64,000 nt of DNA from Octopus vulgaris (lineage: Eukaryota). The stretch is from NCBI GenBank assembly GCA_951406725.2, contig OX597814.1, positions 199,082,001 through 199,146,000 of the forward strand. The letters run 5' to 3'. The position numbers and the translations under genes were made by a program. Position 1 is the first letter of the stretch, and each line of letters opens with the position of its first letter. Under the pieces are notes generated by a model, which saw only the letters and a program-made list of their open reading frames with translations, made no database searches and had not been told where the DNA came from. Below are positions 1 to 12,677 of this stretch, one piece after another.

Positions 1-179
1 AACCGATGCTGGTGTGTTTACGTCACTTAGCGGTTCGGCAAAAGAGACCAATAGAATAAGTACTGGGCTTACAAAGAATAAGTCCCGGGGTCGATTTGCT
101 CGACTAAAGGCGGTGCTCCAGCATGGCCGCAGTCAAATGACTGAAACAAGTAAAAGGGTAAAAGAGTAAAGAGAGAGAG
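1..179 (+). mobile_element. SINE family A, 3' part (cut by window edge)
   Basis: Reverse complement of the family A body seen at 14729-14900; ends in an (AAAAGAGT)n-like tail. Confidence 0.85.
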
Positions 180-304
180 TGTTTTGAATATGTCGGAAGG
201 ATATATTTCAATTAAGTCTTAATCGTGCTTTTATACGTAAGCAATGACAAGTACAAGTTCTCCGTTTATATATAAGCAACGCCAAATACATATTCTTTGC
301 ATGT

Positions 305-541
305 CGGAGTGGCTGTGTGGTAAGTAGCTTGCTTACAAACCACATGCTTCCGGGTTCAGTCCCACTGCGTGGCACCTTGGGCAAGTGTCGTCTACTATAG
401 CCTCGGGCCGACCAAAGCCTTGTTAGTGGATTTGGTAGACGGAAACTGAAAGAAGCCCGTCGTATATATGTATGGGTGTGTATATGTTTCTGTGTCTGTG
501 TTTGTTCCCCTCCCCTCAACATCGCTTGACAACCGATGCTG
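305..541 (+). mobile_element. SINE family A, 5' half (tRNA-like head, CORE-like motif)
   Basis: GGAGTGGCTGTGTGGTAAG (A-box-like), GGGTTCAGTCCC (B-box-like), ACCTTGGGCAAGT resembling the MIR/CORE core; about 10 copies in the window. Confidence 0.85.
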
Positions 542-970
542 GGGGCGATGTAATCGACTTAATCCGTTTGTCTGTCCTTGTTTGTCCCCTCTGTTTGTAG
601 CCCCTTGTGGTCAGTAAAGAAATAGGTATTTCGTCTGCCGTCACGTTCTGAGTTCAAATTCTGCTGAGGTCGACTGTACCTTTCATCCTTTCGGGGTCGA
701 TTGAATAAATACCATTTACACACTGGGGTCCATATAATCGACTTGATCCGTTTGTCTGTCCACTCCCTTGTGAGTAGTAAAGAAATAGTTATTTCGTCTG
801 TCTTTATGTTTTGAGTTCAAATTCCACCGAAGTCGACTTTGCCATTAATCCTTTCGGAATCGATAAATTTAGTACCACCTGCGTACTTGGGTCGATCTAA
901 TCGACTGGCTCACTGACTCAAAATCGACTAGCTCAGAAACTTCGCGCCTTGTGCCTAGAGTAGAAAAGCA
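542..970 (+). mobile_element. SINE family B partial tandem array
   Basis: Repeated GTTCAAATT..GTCGACTTTGCCTTTCATCCTTTCGGGGTCGAT-type units, restarting after AAGAAATA. Confidence 0.85.
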
Positions 971-1219
971 TATTTAAACCGATCTCATTGGTCGTCTCTG
1001 CCAAGAAGAAACCACCATCCATACCAAACCACTTTCTCCATATACGAATGCATGAATATCTGAATATACAGATGATGATCGATTTACGTACTTTAGAGTT
1101 GTAAACAGTCTGTAAGGAAATTATACGAAATTTTGAGAAAAATCTCTTGATTAACAAGATAACACAATGTGACTGCACTTTTGCATATCTAAACGACAAT
1201 CTCTTTCTCATAGGTACGT

Positions 1220-1461
1220 ACATACATACATGCATGCATACATACAATAATATACATATATATATATTAGATATATTTATACATATACATGTATATGCAA
1301 GTATGTGTGTATGTATATATATATATATATTAGATATATTTATGCATATATATGTATATGCAAGTATGTGTATATATATTAGATATATTTATACATATAT
1401 GTGTATATGCAAGTACGTGTGTGTATATATATATGTATATACAAGTATGTGTATATATATA

Positions 1462-1509
<48 letters not shown>

Positions 1510-1956
1510 TATAGATAGAGATGTGGATAAAGAGAGAGAGAGTGAGAGAGAGAGAGAGAGAGAGAGAAAAAAAAGATTATAGTGGGAGGTGTGGAAACGA
1601 TATTAGGATAAAATATACCTCGAATATGTCGCAGTGACTATGGCGAAAAATTATCATTAAAATCATAAATTTGATTTCATATATTTTTAGTGTTTGAGAA
1701 AATATAAGCGAATACTACTGGAAGTAATTAACAGTTATTGCTAATCGTAATGTGTGAAATATTACACATAATATACAGAAAACATGTTTACGAGATAAGA
1801 AATATTTATCACCAGTTCACCTTTGAATATTGCTCATTTGCATTGGGTAAAGCAGATTTCACATATACATGCAAACAAAGACAACTACACACAACAAGCA
1901 CACACACACATACACACGCACACACACACGCATACATACATACATACATACATACA

Positions 1957-1990
<34 letters not shown>

Positions 1991-2278
1991 GACACAGAGA
2001 GTGATCTCATAATGTGTGTGTGCACAAAATATGCATGTATTCATGTTTGTGTACATTTATGTATATATGTACGCGTATATATCAATATATATGCGTATAT
2101 ATGCACATATATGCATATTATATGCATATATATATATATGTGTGTGTGTGAGATAAATGTATGTGTCTATATATTTATATATCTACAAACCTGCATATAT
2201 ATATATATGTATATATATATATGTGTATATATATGTCGATATGTACAAAACCTCTTCATAACCTTTCATATATATATG

Positions 2279-2309
<31 letters not shown>

Positions 2310-2320
2310 GCGTGTGTGAG
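1220..2320. repeat. Compound (TA)n/(TG)n/(GA)n/(TACA)n microsatellite field
   Basis: Direct inspection. Confidence 0.95.
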
Positions 2321-3179
2321 TGTATAGGCTAGACGGAGACAAACTCCATATACCTTATGGTGTGTGTGTTTGTAACTCTTCTGCATGTAAGTGTGTACGT
2401 TGTATAGTTGTTCTCTCAATTTATTCCTTTATCAAAGTTAGAGAAAGCCAGAAATGTCAAGTTAGTTATCTCTTTTCTCTTACACAAAATAAAAGAAAAA
2501 AAAACACATCGGCAGTGATTGTGATCTCTATAGCTAATTTGTGCAGATCAACTCGATAAATCATTCTGTATAGAAGAATTGTTATTATTTATTTTTTTCC
2601 AGTTAAATCACAATGACTTACTTACTTGCTATCATCGCCAGCAACATACACTCCGTCCTTACATATAAACGATCCACACGCTATCTAAACACTCTGCGCT
2701 AGACCTGCACTACTGTGTACAAAGAGATTGTGTATTCCATTCAATGTAGAAATAACAATCAAGTTTTTTACAAAAGCACAAAGACACAATCATCCCACAC
2801 ATTTATCATGAAAACAGTAAGCTAGTACTCTGCATCCAGTAAACACCAACGTACTTCGTCGCCTGTAGTCATGACTAAAACACAATTAAATGCTTTCGGT
2901 TAATCTCACGATCTCTGATACCCTTTGAAATTGACCCCACATATGTAAGATTGACAAACTTTAATCACAGAGTATGATCCTAGTTTAGAGTACGGAAATA
3001 TTCCAGGACTAATAATCTGTAATCATTTACAAAGTACAATCGAGAACTGTGCATATATGGCCTTGTGTTGTTCCTCTCATGCACAAATCCAAAGCCCTTG
3101 ACTGCGAATGAAATATGCTACATGAGTTATCAAAGTACACAAGTTCAGAGATGCTTTCTCCCTGTACCTATTTTATTAA

Positions 3180-3355
3180 TACTTTTTTTTTCTCTCTCTC
3201 TCTTTTACGATCCCTTTTGATCGAAAACTTACCCCTCTTTTAATTTTTAATTTTAATTTTTATTTCTTTTTTTTTTTGTCCTCCCCAAAAAGAAAAGCTC
3301 TACTTTGTAATTTGTCCCCTCTGTGTTCAGCCCTGTGTGGCTAATAAAGAAACAT
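3180..3355 (+). mobile_element. L1/Tx1-type 3' UTR remnant
   Basis: T-rich tract ending TTTGTCCCCTCTGTGTTCAGCCCTGTGTGGCTAATAAAGAAA, the same tail as the LINEs at 31405 and 55530. Confidence 0.55.
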
Positions 3356-5417
3356 AATACTACAACAGCTTTTGTTTCTTCTGTAACTAACATAAAAATA
3401 TCTGACTCTACCATTAGTTTTCTACATTCAGAAAGCAAACAAAATATATTGAATATTTATAAGTATTAGATAGAAAAAATATAGTAAGAAAAATGAAAGC
3501 TTTCATGCTTTTCAGTAATATATTGTCAAACCCGATGACAGGTAAGCGAATGAGATAAATGGAGCACTCTGAAAGTGTCAAATTCGACTAGAATAGACAC
3601 ATCGTTTCAGACCAATTTTGTCATATTTTACTGAAATTTTAATAGCACAGAAATATTTATTTGCAATATATCAAACAAGACTCAGATTTGTATAGATTGA
3701 AAATAACCATATACATCAAGATATTAATACAAAATAGAAATAAGTAAGAGAAGTGAAATGACATAAAATACAAATTGGAAATGTGGTTACAGATGTATGT
3801 GTGTATGTATGTGTATATGTATGTGTGTATGTATGTATGTATGCGTGTATTTGATGTGTGTATTATTTCGAGAAATACGTATGTTTGTATGTGTGTACGT
3901 ATATTCATATATATAACATCAACATACACATATGCACGCATACATATGCATGCACACATATATATGCACGCATATGTATGTTTTTAAATATACATGCATG
4001 TGTGTGAGTGTACATATTTTATGATTTCGCTTAATCATAATGACACAAATAACCAGTTGTTAGAATTTAATAGACTTATGCTTTAGAGTAAAGTTTTGGG
4101 CGGATACAGAGCGTTATAACAGTTAATCATTAACAAAAGTACATTACTTACGTATGCCCCTTAATTACCTTACAGCTGTTTCTAATATAAGGAGTATATA
4201 TATATGTACATGCTCGTAAAATTTGAAGCCAATAATTTGCTAATTTTATAATGGTTAACATTTCATACTTAACTCACTCGTAAATATGTTGAACTGTTTT
4301 AAATTATGATCTACTATTGGGTTGACGTTTATCAGATTCCAAAGTGTTTACTTTTGACTCTTTTATATATACAATCTGTAATTTGTAACAAAGAGGTCAG
4401 CATTCTTTGATACATTAATTTTCACTTATGATAACATTTATTTTAAAGAATTTGAAAATGTTTCAATAGTCAGTCTTTAGTAAGAAACTACAGATATTAA
4501 ACATTACATAACCACAACAAACACACCAAATATTATCATTAACAAATGTGATATTGGAAATACAAACGTGTGAATGGAAGTGGTATAAATGTCCATAAAA
4601 ATATAGCTACTACTGACGAAAGCGTTTTCGGCAATCATTTTCTTTCTTCTCATTTCGTAGGGATGGAGTTAATAATGTAGAGGCAATAAATTAAGTATGG
4701 AATTAGTAAATTACATAACTAAAGATAGTTTAAATAGTTTAATGCGATGCAAATGGTAATGTATAGAGTTTAATTATTGATGCATGTTATAATCCACATT
4801 TTAATGAGGATACATTATTTATAAATAAAAATTAAAACATTTGCCCGTGCTTATTTGTTTAATACGCACCCACACACTATAATAGATGGTCATATATACG
4901 AAACATGCTCCTCTGTTAAACGATTTGCTATTACTTTAATTTACAATAATTTTACAGTATCTGGATATTTAGTCAACACTCTAAGTTCATCGTGTTATTA
5001 ACAGCAAACAGTTCGCCTACGATTTTATTTAATTACCACAGTGCTCTCTGAAATTCACGTGAAGGTGATTTCTTCCAACAATAATTTATGATTCATTGTA
5101 ATTATATTCAAACCATTTCAGTTCTTTACATTTTTAATTAGGAGTAATCAATCTCAAGACTTTGTGCTTCAAGTAGTCCTTATTTTGCAAGCAACGCATA
5201 ACCATCCATTCTGCAAATATAACATTTCCTGCGCTGCTATTCTTTCTGTCACAACTTAACCATTTGGATTTGAAAACATGAAATATGAAATAAATCTGTC
5301 AGTAAAATTGTTCATTTGATTGCAAAATATGGTGACTGAAATAAATTGCTTTCGCCCACAAACCTTTCAATTCACAGAGAATCTCTAGACATAACACACA
5401 TTCCTTTAATCATCAAG

Positions 5418-5815
5418 ATACTCTTTTTTACTCTTTTTACTTGTTTCAGTTATTTGACTGTGGCCATGCTAAAGCACCGTCTTTAGGCGAGCAAATCGAC
5501 CCCTGGACTTATTCTTTGTAAGCCTAGTACTCATTCTATTGGTCTCTTTTGCCTAACCGCTATATTACGGGGACGTAAATACACCAGCACCGGTTGTCAA
5601 GCGATGTAGAGGAACACACACACACACACATATATATATACATACATAGATACGACGGGCTTCTTTCAGTTTCCGTCTACTAAATCCACTCACAAGGCTT
5701 TGGTCGGCCCGAGGCTATAGTAGAAGACACTTGCCCAAGGTGCCACGCAGTGGAACAGAACCCGGAACCATGTGGTTGGTAAGCAAGCTACTTTCCACAC
5801 AGCCACTCCTACGTC
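5418..5815 (-). mobile_element. SINE family A, full length
   Basis: Complete head, central (CA/TA) microsatellite and tail. Confidence 0.9.
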
Positions 5816-6687
5816 TATACGTGAAAAAGAATAGTACTGTTTCTATTGACACTGAATACTTGATTTCTTTGACATAAAATAACAATTTGAGAAATGAAAT
5901 TGCTTGATAAGAATCATTTAAGGATAGTTTATTATAAATCCCGTTGTACTGCTTTAGTTCCTGAACTGGGTACGCTTTAATAAAGTATGAGGCCGCATTT
6001 CTGATGAGCAGCAATCATTTTTGTCCATTTGTAAACTTCACTTCAACCAAGAAGTAACAGATAATTGCATCTGATGATCAATCAAATAAGCTTTTAAAAA
6101 TGTTCTCATGTAATGACGATGTTATAAGGTGAAAATAATAAAACATTTTGAAATTATATCTCGTTGTAATCAACTTAGTGGGCCTGTAGCTTGTAAATAT
6201 TCTTCTCACTTCGTTGCGGTTTATGATATGACTGAATGGCAAGGAGCTCGTTATATTTCTACTTATACATGGAATATGAATGATGTAAATTTGTATATAC
6301 GACACGCAGTAGCTTTTTCTTGAAACAAGACAAGAAAGTGTCTGGAATGTAGAATGCTAGTTATTCCATCAGATAAATCTCCTGTGTGGTTACGTGACGT
6401 GTTTGCATAGATGATGATATTGGAATCGATTATGCAGACAACATCATCGAGTCAAACGACGTCGCGAAATTATATAAAAACTTTGGATTATAGGGAATCA
6501 TAATTGTTAGGTCAAATATTGATCCTTTTATAATTGCAAATTAATAGATCGATGCATTCTCTAAACATATCAAAATGACAAATTTATTGGAAATGTTTCA
6601 GCAAAACTTTAACGTTCCAATATCATTGCTATCTACCTATAAGTATTTGCCTTCTGACATTGTCTGGCTGTATGTGTCACTGAATTA

Positions 6688-6689
<2 letters not shown>

Positions 6690-6764
<75 letters not shown>
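6690..6764. repeat. (CT)n microsatellite
   Basis: Direct inspection. Confidence 0.95.
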
Positions 6765-6768
<4 letters not shown>

Positions 6769-6815
6769 ACTCCATGCATAAAACCTGTGTATAGTCTTAC
6801 GTATATAAAGTTGTA

Positions 6816-7022
6816 GGCGGCGAGCTGGCAGAAACGTTAGCGCGCCGGGGCGTTAAGTTCTGAGTTCAAATTCCGCCGAGGTCGACTTTGCCTTTCATCC
6901 TTTCGGGGTCGATAAATAAAGTACCAGTTTCGCACTGGGGTCGATGTAATCGATTTAATCCCTTTGTCTGTCCTTGTTTGTCCCCTCTATGTTTAGCCCC
7001 TTGTGAGCAGTAATGAAATAGG
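6816..7022 (+). mobile_element. SINE family B
   Basis: GGCGGCGAGCTGGCAGAAACGTTAGC head, GAGTTCAAATTC B-box-like motif, body resembling the Nin/Deu SINE domain, LINE-like tail. Confidence 0.9.
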
Positions 7023-7592
7023 TATATAAAGTTGTAAGAGACATAACATCCAAACCAATACAATTCTCTATGGTTTCGTTTAAGACAAAACATCGTTGAG
7101 AGATTTGCTTTCGTTCTCTGCATTGAATCCGAAAGTAGATATTCTTTACTCTTTGAACCAAACGAGACCATCCATTCTGTGCACGTAAGCTTTGTTGCGC
7201 TGCTTCTCAGTCAGCTAAATATGATTATCATACCCGACTCGGTATTACCTTGCCTAATCAACCGAATTAACATATATACTTAGGCGATTCCTCAAGATAC
7301 AAAGGCTAATTCCCTGCTTGGTTACTTATTAATCTATTTCAAACACACACACACCCACACACACACACATATATATATATATATTTATGAATGGGTAAAT
7401 ATGTATACATATGAATATAAATTATAGTATTTTATATAGAGATTGTTAACTTTAACGATATTCAGAAACAGGCTAGAATCGAAGATACATTGTAGCCAAT
7501 TTCAAAAAGTCAATTTTTGAAGTTGGCCAGAATGTAACGAAGTAAGCTGTCCTTTTATATGTTGCTATCATTGTGTCTTTCTTGTCGTGCAG

Positions 7593-7678
7593 CATCCTGA
7601 TGAGGAGAGTATCTGTTTCATTAAAATAGGAAATTTACATCATATTATCTGACATGTCTCCGAAACGGCCCGTCGATG
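7593..7678 (+). ncRNA. Type I hammerhead ribozyme, intact core
   Basis: CATC-CTGATGA-GGAGA..(long loop)..TCTCC-GAAAC-GGCCC-GTC|GATG; stems I (CATC/GATG) and II (GGAGA/TCTCC) pair; predicted cut after 7674. Confidence 0.8.
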
Positions 7679-7979
7679 GAACATTATCTTCGTATAGTAG
7701 TATGTCCTTTTAATGTTTAATAATTTCAAACTTTCAACTGGACTCTTACGTTTGTAGTGTACAGGTGAGATGTTGCGGAATCATTAACACGTCGGACAAT
7801 GACATTTCGTCCGTCGTTGCGTTCTGCGTTCAATTCCCGCTGTGGTCGACTTTGTCTTTCATCCTTTGTCTTTTATCCTATAGCAAAATACACTTGCCAC
7901 GCAGTGGGACTGAAACCGGGACCATGTGGCTGGGAGGCGAGCATCTTATCACACAGACACGCCTGCGTCTATATGCATA

Positions 7980-8278
7980 TCACGTGACCGACCAGACCAT
8001 CAGATGTTGTTACACATCGCTGGTCACAATGCGTTCGCATTGTTTTAGCCTTCGAATGACGCCACCCCGCTGGCTAAGCGAGCAGGCCAACTGAAGAAAG
8101 AGTGAGAGAAAGAGTGGTGAAGGAGTACACCCGGGATCACCACCCCCTGCAGGAGCCTCGTGGAGCTTTTAGGTGTTTTCGCTCAATAAACACACACAAC
8201 GCTCGGTCTGGGAATCGAAATCGCGATCCTACGACCGCAAGTCCGCTGCCCTAACCACTAGGTCATTGCGCCTCCACC
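7980..8278 (-). mobile_element. SINE family C (tRNA-derived head)
   Basis: Minus strand GTGGAGGCGCAATGACCTAGTGGTTAGGGCAGCGGAC..TTTCGATTCCCAG; copies at 8490-8615, 10625-10820, 30487-30790, 45641-45930, 46570-46765. Confidence 0.85.
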
Positions 8279-8613
8279 TATGCATATACCTGGTTTTAAT
8301 ATATATATCTACTGACTCGGAAGTTATATTTGTGAAATACAGTTGTTTTGAATTTGCTTCAGACAGAGGTCAATGTTTGTGATGGTTAGTTTGGATGGGG
8401 GTGCTAGGAATGTGGCCTGGGTGTCAAGGGGGGGACTCGGTAAAAGTTTTGTGTGTGTGCATGCGTGTGTTTCTTGATATATATATCACGTGATCACACG
8501 TGACCGACCAGACTATCAGGTGTTTTCGCTCAATAAACACTCACAACGCCCGGTCTGGGAATCGAAACCGCGATCCTACGACCGCGAGTCCGCTGCCGTA
8601 ACCACTGGGCCTC

Positions 8614-8660
<47 letters not shown>

Positions 8661-8764
8661 TACATACATATTCTGTTGTGTCTGGGGAGAGTCATTTTCT
8701 TTTAGTGCCTTATAATGTAACACACTCACCGGTAAAATTTCCACTTATTTCTTATTTTTATTTT

Positions 8765-8803
8765 CCTAAAATTTTCGTTGCGTCTTGCAACCTTTTCAGT
8801 AGT
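8765..8803 (-). ncRNA. Minimal HHR-like motif (A8 variant)
   Basis: Minus strand ACTA-CTGAAAA-G-GTTGC-AAGAC-GCAAC-GAAAATTT-TAGG. Confidence 0.5.
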
Positions 8804-9168
8804 CTTGACTCTGTCCGTTATTTACACTGCGTTCCTTTTTGTTTGTTTGTGCGCATGCGTGTGTGTCAGTGTGTGTGTGTGTGCCTATACATACATGCAT
8901 ACATGTACGTATGTGTGTGTGTGTGTTTGCATGTATATATGTGTGTGTATGCATATGTATGTATGCAGGATACTTACATACAGATGCACACACATGCATC
9001 CATACATATGCATACACACACATATATACATACATACACATGCAAACACACACACACATACGTACACGTATGCATGTATAGGCACACACACACACACACA
9101 CACTGACCCAAACACATGCGCACAAACAAACAAAGAAGAACGCAGTGTAAATAACGGACAGAGTCAAG

Positions 9169-9207
9169 ACTATTGAAAAGGTTGCAAGACGCAACGAAAA
9201 TTTAAAA
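9169..9207 (+). ncRNA. Minimal HHR-like motif (U3:A8 variant, stem I damaged)
   Basis: ACTA-TTGAAAA-G-GTTGC-AAGAC-GCAAC-GAAAATTT. Confidence 0.5.
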
Positions 9208-9865
9208 AAATAAAAATAAGAAATAAGTGGAAATTTTACTGGTGAGTGTGTCAAATAATAAGGCACTAAAAGAGAATGACTCTCCCCAGACACAAACAGA
9301 ATATGCTTCAATACACCACGAACTCATATAAAGAATCTTGCAAACCAAATCCAAAAATGTATATATATATATATATATATGACCTATGAACCTCTGGGCG
9401 TGTCCTTCATTTAGATACCCATCAAATTAAACACACCCCAGTTATGTTTCTAAGTTTGTATGTATGTATGTATGTATAATGTTGCCCAATTTTTATGTCA
9501 GTTCGAAGTTGATGTAACGCTAATGATCTTGAATTAGACAGCAGCGAGGTCAGCAGAAGTTTATTGCTCCAACAAAAGATGTCATTAAAACGTCAGACTA
9601 CTTCTGCCTTTCAGATCTTAAACAAAATTACTGTTGTCTGATGCATTAAATAATAATATATTTTATCAAGCCATAGAATAAAAAATTCAGATTTTTTAAT
9701 AGTTGCTATGTAACAGAGAGTAACGTAATTGTTATGGCGTACGACTCAATTCCACGGGTTCGATTCTAGGCCTGGGAGAGTCATTTCTATCTATGTGCAA
9801 GTCATTATTTCATGTTGCTCGTGTCTTCTTATATGAAATGGGCACCATCCAAGTGCTGGGGCAAC

Positions 9866-10015
9866 TACTTTTCTCCCCAGTTTTCACACCCAGGAAGTTC
9901 CGCTGTAAAACGTGCGAGGGCCGAGAGGATAAGTTTGTTTCCTCGAGGCAAATTCACAAAAACTATTACCATAGTACAAGCTACTGTCTTATTTCCTGGA
10001 GACTCATGGCAGCAG
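9866..10015. repeat. Unclassified dispersed repeat
   Basis: Reverse-complement copy at 35477-35636. Confidence 0.75.
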
Positions 10016-10334
10016 CTGCAGCAGCAACAGCCGTCCATGAATTTGGACCTGGAGATCTCCATTTCCAGCGACTTCGAGGGCCAGCTCCCAGTGGTGTCGG
10101 GCGTCAATGAAGAGCCCTCGACTACAACAAGACGATAAAAGTTTTTTTTTTTCAAGGTCTGGAGTCTTCCGCCCTTAAGCCCTAGACCATCGCCTAATCA
10201 CCCTTACCCGTATTGTTGCTTAACAACAGCAACAACAACAACAGTAGTAGTTGTAGTAGTGACGGTGGTTGTGTTAATGCTATTTGTGATGATGGTGGCG
10301 GTAGTTGTAATGGTGTCTGCGGGGGTTGTTGTTG

Positions 10335-10820
10335 CTCTTCTTCCAATCAGGACTCAGGCCATTAGCCACAAAGAATAATCTCTAATTCGAGCCTACTCTA
10401 AGCTACTAAGAATGTGTGTGGCAACTTGAAGATCCACCCACCACATGCGATAGACTGGCGGTTGCACGGGCGCAAAAGCTACGTTGTTATCCTCATTCCG
10501 TAAACGGTGGTTTTTAACGGGTGGAGAGCTGGACCATCCTGGGGTACAGAGGATTCGCAACGTAGACTAGGGTCTGAAAGTTTACCACACCATAGTGGGT
10601 TACACCATGGTTTCTTTGCTTTGTGGCAGAAGTAGGAAGTAAGAGTGAGAAAATTGTGGTGAAAGAGTACAGCGGGGTTCACCCCACACCCGCACCGGAG
10701 CCTCGTGGATCTTAGACGTTTTTGCTCAATAAACACTCACAATGCCCGGTCTGGAAATCGAAACCGCGTTCTTACGTCCGCGAGTCCGCTGCCCTAACCA
10801 CTAGGCCACTGCGCCTCCAC
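10335..10820 (-). mobile_element. SINE family C variant with a 290 bp alternative tail
   Basis: Near-identical block at 46275-46765. Confidence 0.85.
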
Positions 10821-11256
10821 AGGGGTTGTCAATCGTGGTGTTGACGACGGCGGATTTTGAATAATTGAATATATTTTCAGTTCAAAAGTGCAAACCTTAT
10901 ATTGAGGGACCGATTTAGAAGCATAAGTCAAAGTTACCACTAAGAGACTACATCAACATCTCCAGTTGCGTAGACGCGAGAAGCAATCAGCTTACTGGGA
11001 AAGAGTTCACTGTATGCAAGGTAACGCAACAGAACCGGCATAAAATAGAAGTGCTTTACTACTGAGTGAATGCCTTCTGGTTACAGAACTTTGCATTTTT
11101 CATTTACTCTTCTTTCTATCGAAGAACTGTTATGCATGGATATATCATATAATTGGGACCCCCCGCCCTCCAAAAAAAATACTGAAATGCACGTTCAAAG
11201 AAAGCAAAACCACAACATCTCTTTTATGCTAAACTGTAATATCATTCATCCAAACT

Positions 11257-11660
11257 TACTCTTTCACTTTGTTTCAGTATTTGACTGCGCCATAGTGGAG
11301 CAGCGCCTTTAGTCGAGCAAATCAACCCCAGGACTTATTCTTTATAAGCCTAGTAATTATTCTATCGGTCACTTTGCCGAAGCGCTAAGTTACGAGGACG
11401 TAAACACACCAGCATCGGTTGTCAAGCGATGTTCGGGGGACAAACACAGACACACAAGCATACACACACACACGCGCACATATATATACATATATACGAC
11501 GGGCTTCTTTGAGTTTCCGTCTACCAAATCCACTTACAAGGCTTTGGTCGGCCCGAGGCTATAGCAGAAGACACTTGCCCAAGGTGCCACGCATTGTGAA
11601 TGAACCCGGAACCATGTGGTTGGTAATCAAGCTACTTACCACACAGCCACTCCTGTGCCT
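11257..11660 (-). mobile_element. SINE family A, full length
   Basis: Matches 5418-5815. Confidence 0.9.
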
Positions 11661-12159
11661 TAGTTTAATTTCTGTAAATAACAAGCGTTGCAAATTCTGA
11701 ACTTTTGATGACGACTTTAAATTATGTTCATATCTGTAACTGTATTGCTTGGGATTATTTTCCTCCGCTAATGAGGAAAATACTTCGGCCTGACAGCTGC
11801 TGACAAGACACATAACTGGGATTTATAACTAACAAGCTTTCTTGACACACAGACCTTCTGTTCGCTAATAACTCGATTTTGAAATTAAATTCAGCGAGGA
11901 ATATTCTGCATAGACATTTGACCTGCGCGAAATAGTGACCAAATTTTCATCAAACACCACGCTAACTTCTTAAACAAGAACACGCTACATAATGTAGTCT
12001 AAAATAGGCTTGTCATGGTTAGAGATTTTTAAATACAGTTCTATATTTCTGAGATGAGGAATGTACGTATTCTGAATTATTATTTAAAAAAAAGTTTGAT
12101 TCGGTTCTCCAACACTTCAAGTTTTACCGGCCCCTTAGTGGGAGACCGAATAATTCAGA

Positions 12160-12550
12160 CTACTGGAATGCCGAATCTATTGTATATTATATATTATGTA
12201 TTATGTATTATTATTTATACATTACGAGTCAAACGCCCCCTGTCCAATGGACGGTGCTGACTTAATTGGTCTCTTAAATATACTGCATTTTGTGGCATTA
12301 TTTCAGGCCAGCCGGATTTTTTGCGCGCAAACTGTACGTGCATTTTTCTCGCGTACGCGTAGTACCGATTGCAACAGCTGATGTAATTGCGCATACAAAT
12401 GCACGTTCTCACGGCTTTATCGATCGCATTCTCACCTGGAATCGATTTTCGTAATTTTTTCAAGACGGTATCTACGTATCAAATCTGAGCGCAATCTGTG
12501 TGTGCCTAGAAGACACACACAGTCAGACAGAACGGATTTTATATAATAGA
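12160..12550 (-). mobile_element. Short non-autonomous Helitron-like element
   Basis: Minus-strand start A|TCTATTATATAAAATCCGTTCTGTCTG resembles the 5' end at 45135; 3' end uncertain. Confidence 0.5.
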
Positions 12551-12677
12551 TGTATCAAGATGAGGACACCATTCCGACTAATACATAATATAGAGCAGTT
12601 TTATCCAAAGAAAACCCAGAGTAATAACAATAAAAATTACAAAAGCAACCACACTAACAATAACAACAACAACAATC

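Larger units (their letters stand above)
8667..9305. repeat. Long inverted repeat (arms about 300 bp) with an HHR-like motif in each arm
   Basis: 8667-8960 is the reverse complement of about 9005-9305; flanked by (TA)n; related copy at 12678-13125. Confidence 0.9.

Noticed and set aside
208-522. Recurrent peptide RRASFSFRLPNPLTRLWSARGYSRRHLPK in several ORFs
   Set aside because: Antisense reading of SINE family A, not a gene family.
1147-2332. ORFs rich in Y/I/C/V/H/T (also near 8.7-9.3, 12.5-13.3 and 48.2-48.8 kb)
   Set aside because: Stop-free translations of dinucleotide and tetranucleotide microsatellites.
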